Below, piece after piece: positions 60,830 to 64,000 of a DNA stretch of 64,000 bases. The notes under the pieces are model-generated. The model saw nothing but the letters and a program-made list of their open reading frames with translations. It was not told the DNA's origin and did no database searches. Positions within the stretch are counted from its first letter, which is position 1. Each line of letters opens with the position of its first letter. Source of the DNA: Candidatus Bathyarchaeota archaeon (GTDB taxonomy: Archaea > Thermoproteota > Bathyarchaeia > Bathyarchaeales > Bathycorpusculaceae); NCBI GenBank assembly GCA_963826715.1, contig CAWGYA010000008.1:480001-544000 (forward strand), read 5' to 3'. The translations under genes were made by a program, and so were the position numbers.

Positions 60830-61168
60830 ATGGGTCAAAAAGAAAATATGAGATCCCCCGTTTTCTTCGGAATAGCTGCCTGGATGGCAATCAACGTATT
60901 GCTGATGGCAGTTCTGATTTTAAGCGGCGACCTTGAAGACTTAAACAACTGGATTGAAATCGTCCTGTGGATTATCTCAATTCCTGCTTTGCTTTCCACC
61001 AAGAAGTGGGGCGTTGCCTTCGCGTTATTTGTGCTTATCTATACATTGAGTACGAGTATGGGAATCTTGGTCTACTATCAAATCTGGCTGAACGTTGTCC
61101 GTGTCGCCGTTAATACAGCAATCACCGTTTACCTCTTCAGGTTAATCTTAAAAAACCAAACCGAATAG
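60830..61168 (+). CDS. Small four-TM membrane protein
   Basis: Four hydrophobic segments. Confidence 0.7.
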   Translation: MGQKENMRSPVFFGIAAWMAINVLLMAVLILSGDLEDLNNWIEIVLWIISIPALLSTKKWGVAFALFVLIYTLSTSMGILVYYQIWLNVVRVAVNTAITVYLFRLILKNQTE

Positions 61169-61234
61169 ACAATAACGCAGAAAGAAACAAAATTCTAATA
61201 TTAGCCTTCTGCAATCTTTATGTCAGAATCGCAA

Positions 61235-61309
61235 GGGCCGGTCGTCTAGCCTGGTTAGGACGTTGGCTTTACACGCCAAAGGTCGCCGGTTCAAGTCCGG
61301 CTCGGCCCA
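61235..61309 (+). tRNA. tRNA-Val (anticodon TAC), CCA not encoded
   Basis: Acceptor stem GGGCCGG/TCGGCCC; anticodon arm TTGGC-TTTACAC-GCCAA; T arm GCCGG-TTCAAGT-CCGGC. Confidence 0.97.
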
Positions 61310-61606
61310 CTTCAGAATAAATCAAAAAAAGAAAAAAGTGGTTTTTCAGTGTTTGCATTCTTAGGACAACAAAAACTATGGAAGCTCTTAGCTAACTATT
61401 TGAATATCTCTAATTTCCAAAATTGATAATTCGAACTCCACAACGTTAAGTTAAAGACTATCGCGCCAAGGTTTGAGACTAAAGCTCCACCGCATTTTTG
61501 CATGTACGTTTTTTAACTAGTTGTTGGCTTGGCGCAGTCACATATTTTAATTAACTATCCAAGGCGCTGTTTATTACTACATCTAGTTTGCCGGAGGTGA
61601 AAAGGA

Positions 61607-61771
61607 TTGGTTAATGAAAGTGACGAGTGTAGAAGAACTGCGCCACGTGTGACGGTTCCCAAACCTGAAATGACTAATGAGAATAAATTCAAGTGTCCAA
61701 TAGATCAACAGGTTTACGATAACCGTCAGGATTATGAGGCGCACTGCAAAGAAGAGCACGATGTGCTTTAG
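61607..61771 (+). CDS. 54-aa microprotein with C2H2-like zinc finger (CxxD...HxxxxH)
   Basis: GGAGGTGA SD then TTG; ...KFKCPIDQQVYDNRQDYEAHCKEEH. Confidence 0.7.
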   Translation: MVNESDECRRTAPRVTVPKPEMTNENKFKCPIDQQVYDNRQDYEAHCKEEHDVL

Positions 61772-61963
61772 AAGTCGCAAGCCATATTTTGCCCGTGAAG
61801 TTGAGCAATAAATCGGGGGCTTATCGAGCTGCTTTTTTATCTTCTAGCCTTTTTGATTTGGAAGTCACTCTTTGTGCTGATAACTTCCTTGAAAAGAAAA
61901 GGCTATTACTAATTTTGGACCAAACAGTTTGATTGACTAAAATACACTTTTTCATAAGTTAAT

Positions 61964-62719
61964 TCATTGTTCACAGAGAAAAGTCGTCAACCTCTTAGAG
62001 CTAAAAACCACAAAAACCCCATAACGCATGTATCGCCCCACCCGAGGAATCAACCCCGCCGCATCCGTGCCCAACTTACACACCAAAGCAAACTCAAACA
62101 TACCCAGCGTCTCCACATCGATGACATCACGATCAAGATGTGTTCGCTCAAGCGTTGTTGTTACCAACTCTTTAGAGGCACGCAAAACAATGAGTCTATC
62201 AAGAAGAGAGTTCTGCCACGTCTGAAATTTCTCTACTTGCGAATCCGCCAACTCCGCCAGCAAACCATCTGAGGTCTTCGCGATCACTTTAACGCTTAGA
62301 ATCAAACCTTCCGAAACTGCGTAAGCATCAGCAATTTTTTTTAGTCCAACTACTTTGCCAGCCAAAAGCTGAGTCTGTAAAACCTCCAAGGGCACGCTGG
62401 CCAAAATAATTTTGGGTTCAAACACGCCCACATCCACCTGCAACCTCTCCCCATCCACCTTAGAAACGTAACCCCTCAGAACTGAGCCATCCTCAATGGC
62501 TTCGAGGGAGACAGGACAGATACCGAGTTCCCTTCGGATAAAACTTGTCGCCACCGCTTCATCCTCGCCCTCAACAGAAACCTGCACCCATTTGTTTGGG
62601 GTATTGCCTAAAACTTTGAGTTCCACATCTAAATCTTCAAATTGGTTCTGCAAAAGCTCCGTTAACTGTTTGAGTTGTGCGCCATGAAATGTTTTTACAA
62701 GTGTGGTTAAGGTAGTCAT
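61964..62719 (-). CDS. DUF2110-family protein
   Basis: 'GEDEAVA', S1-like 'LRGYVSKV....L.VDVG', 'CKLGTDAAGLIPRVG'; typical position after TFE and the HD gene. Confidence 0.8.
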   Translation of the reverse strand: MTTLTTLVKTFHGAQLKQLTELLQNQFEDLDVELKVLGNTPNKWVQVSVEGEDEAVATSFIRRELGICPVSLEAIEDGSVLRGYVSKVDGERLQVDVGVFEPKIILASVPLEVLQTQLLAGKVVGLKKIADAYAVSEGLILSVKVIAKTSDGLLAELADSQVEKFQTWQNSLLDRLIVLRASKELVTTTLERTHLDRDVIDVETLGMFEFALVCKLGTDAAGLIPRVGRYMRYGVFVVFSSKRLTTFLCEQ

Positions 62720-63246
62720 AGCATTTCACCTAATTGAGTTGTTATTTCCTCATGCAGACTTCTAACTCTTTCTGCAACCACCTTTTTTCCCTTGCGTTGG
62801 AGCCGCTCAATTTCGATTTCGATAGGCACGATTTTCCCTTCATCTATACGTTTATCGGCATAGCAGATGACTTTTTCCTCCAACGTTTGTGGCACATAAA
62901 CGCCTTCGGGCCAACCCAGCGCCTTTGCTTCCGAGTCGACTATTCCTGCACCGACATGTCGCTTTATTATGTCGATGATCGGCTGGGGCAAATCTAGGGA
63001 TTGGGCTATTCGAGCACCGACAATGGAGTGATCAACGGTGTTGGTTTTAGAGCGTCCGATATCATGCAGAATTGCACCTACTTCTACCAAAGGCAAATCT
63101 ATTTTTTGCCCTCGAGCATCTAGTTTAATCGCTATTTGTTTAGCAAAATCCGATACAGCTATGGAGTGATCAATCACTGAAAATGGAACACCGCTTTCTT
63201 GCAAAAGGTTGATTGCTTGCTCCCTGCTGGGAAGCTGCTTATTCAC
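62716..63246 (-). CDS. HD-domain (HDIG) phosphohydrolase
   Basis: 'LHDIGRSKT', 'RHVGAGI', 'PQTLEEKVICYADK'. Confidence 0.92.
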   Translation of the reverse strand: MNKQLPSREQAINLLQESGVPFSVIDHSIAVSDFAKQIAIKLDARGQKIDLPLVEVGAILHDIGRSKTNTVDHSIVGARIAQSLDLPQPIIDIIKRHVGAGIVDSEAKALGWPEGVYVPQTLEEKVICYADKRIDEGKIVPIEIEIERLQRKGKKVVAERVRSLHEEITTQLGEML

Positions 63247-63751
63247 CGAGTTCCTTCCTTAAAATTTCCACTTTTACAGAGAGCTTATCTATCATACCAT
63301 CGTTTTCGAAATGTACCAGTGATTTTCCGCAGCCTGAGCAGTGAAAAACTAGTTCCACCGCTTCCTCAAAGGGGACACGTTTACATTCTTGGCTTCCACA
63401 ATAGTAAAAATCGTGGTTTTTCTCATACTCTAGGCGGACGTTGAGTTTTTCAAGTACACGCCGTTTCTGGCTCAGTATAAAGCCTTCAAGTTGGTCAGGT
63501 TGAAGTTTCCAATGGAATATGAACCAACCAGTTTTAGGGTCGCGGGTGCGTCTTAAGCTAACTAGCGAGTGGTCGTAGAGTTTGTATAGGATTTTACGTA
63601 CAGAATTTAGGCGAATACCCGTCTTGTTGGCAATCTCGTCGTCAGTGATTTCTTCTACGCCTTTTAAATGCTCAATAAGGTTAACGGCGTCTTCTTCACC
63701 TAAGGCCAAAGCAACTTTATGTAAGGTTGCATCATCAATGGTTGATAACAT
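63239..63751 (-). CDS. tfe: Transcription factor E (TFIIE alpha)
   Basis: 'TDDEIA..TGIRLNSVRKILYKL', 'RDPKTGWFIFHW'; zinc ribbon. Confidence 0.95.
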   Translation of the reverse strand: MLSTIDDATLHKVALALGEEDAVNLIEHLKGVEEITDDEIANKTGIRLNSVRKILYKLYDHSLVSLRRTRDPKTGWFIFHWKLQPDQLEGFILSQKRRVLEKLNVRLEYEKNHDFYYCGSQECKRVPFEEAVELVFHCSGCGKSLVHFENDGMIDKLSVKVEILRKELGE

Positions 63752-63820
63752 AATCTCTAGAGTCCCTGTTTTTGCACTCTAATATTGCGTGGAGCTGCAA
63801 TAAAACTCTTCTCACACATT

Positions 63821-64000
<180 letters not shown>

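Overview
Archaeal chromosomal DNA of the TACK group, most consistent with Bathyarchaeia. Evidence: S26e, L40e, aRF1, TFE, Alba, an Elf1-like gene, the H4MPT enzymes Ftr and Mtd, and several secreted, C-terminally anchored PQQ-propeller, NosD and hypothetical proteins. Housekeeping blocks lie at about 8-15 kb, 32-43 kb and 54-64 kb, a copper/oxidative-stress cluster at 44-54 kb, and two tRNA genes (Gly-TCC, Val-TAC). The accessory region at 19.9-31.9 kb has two layers that the ORF track misses. (1) A decayed tRNA-Gly-associated element carries a tyrosine-integrase remnant and frameshifted HEPN and TIR genes. (2) An 8.4-kb insertion splits an ICMT/PEMT-family methyltransferase gene exactly at a 6-bp direct repeat (TCCAGA). 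It has no terminal inverted repeats but carries 14-bp subterminal direct repeats. Its cargo includes a 1547-aa modular secreted protein with an internal signal peptide, a clan-CD-like His/Cys domain and an M14 carboxypeptidase domain. Other notable items are a tandem double-Alba-like protein beside SOD, a Zn-ferredoxin and a lone PriS paralogue, a membrane protein + wHTH pair, and several microproteins. All assignments come from motif recognition by eye; no database searches were run.
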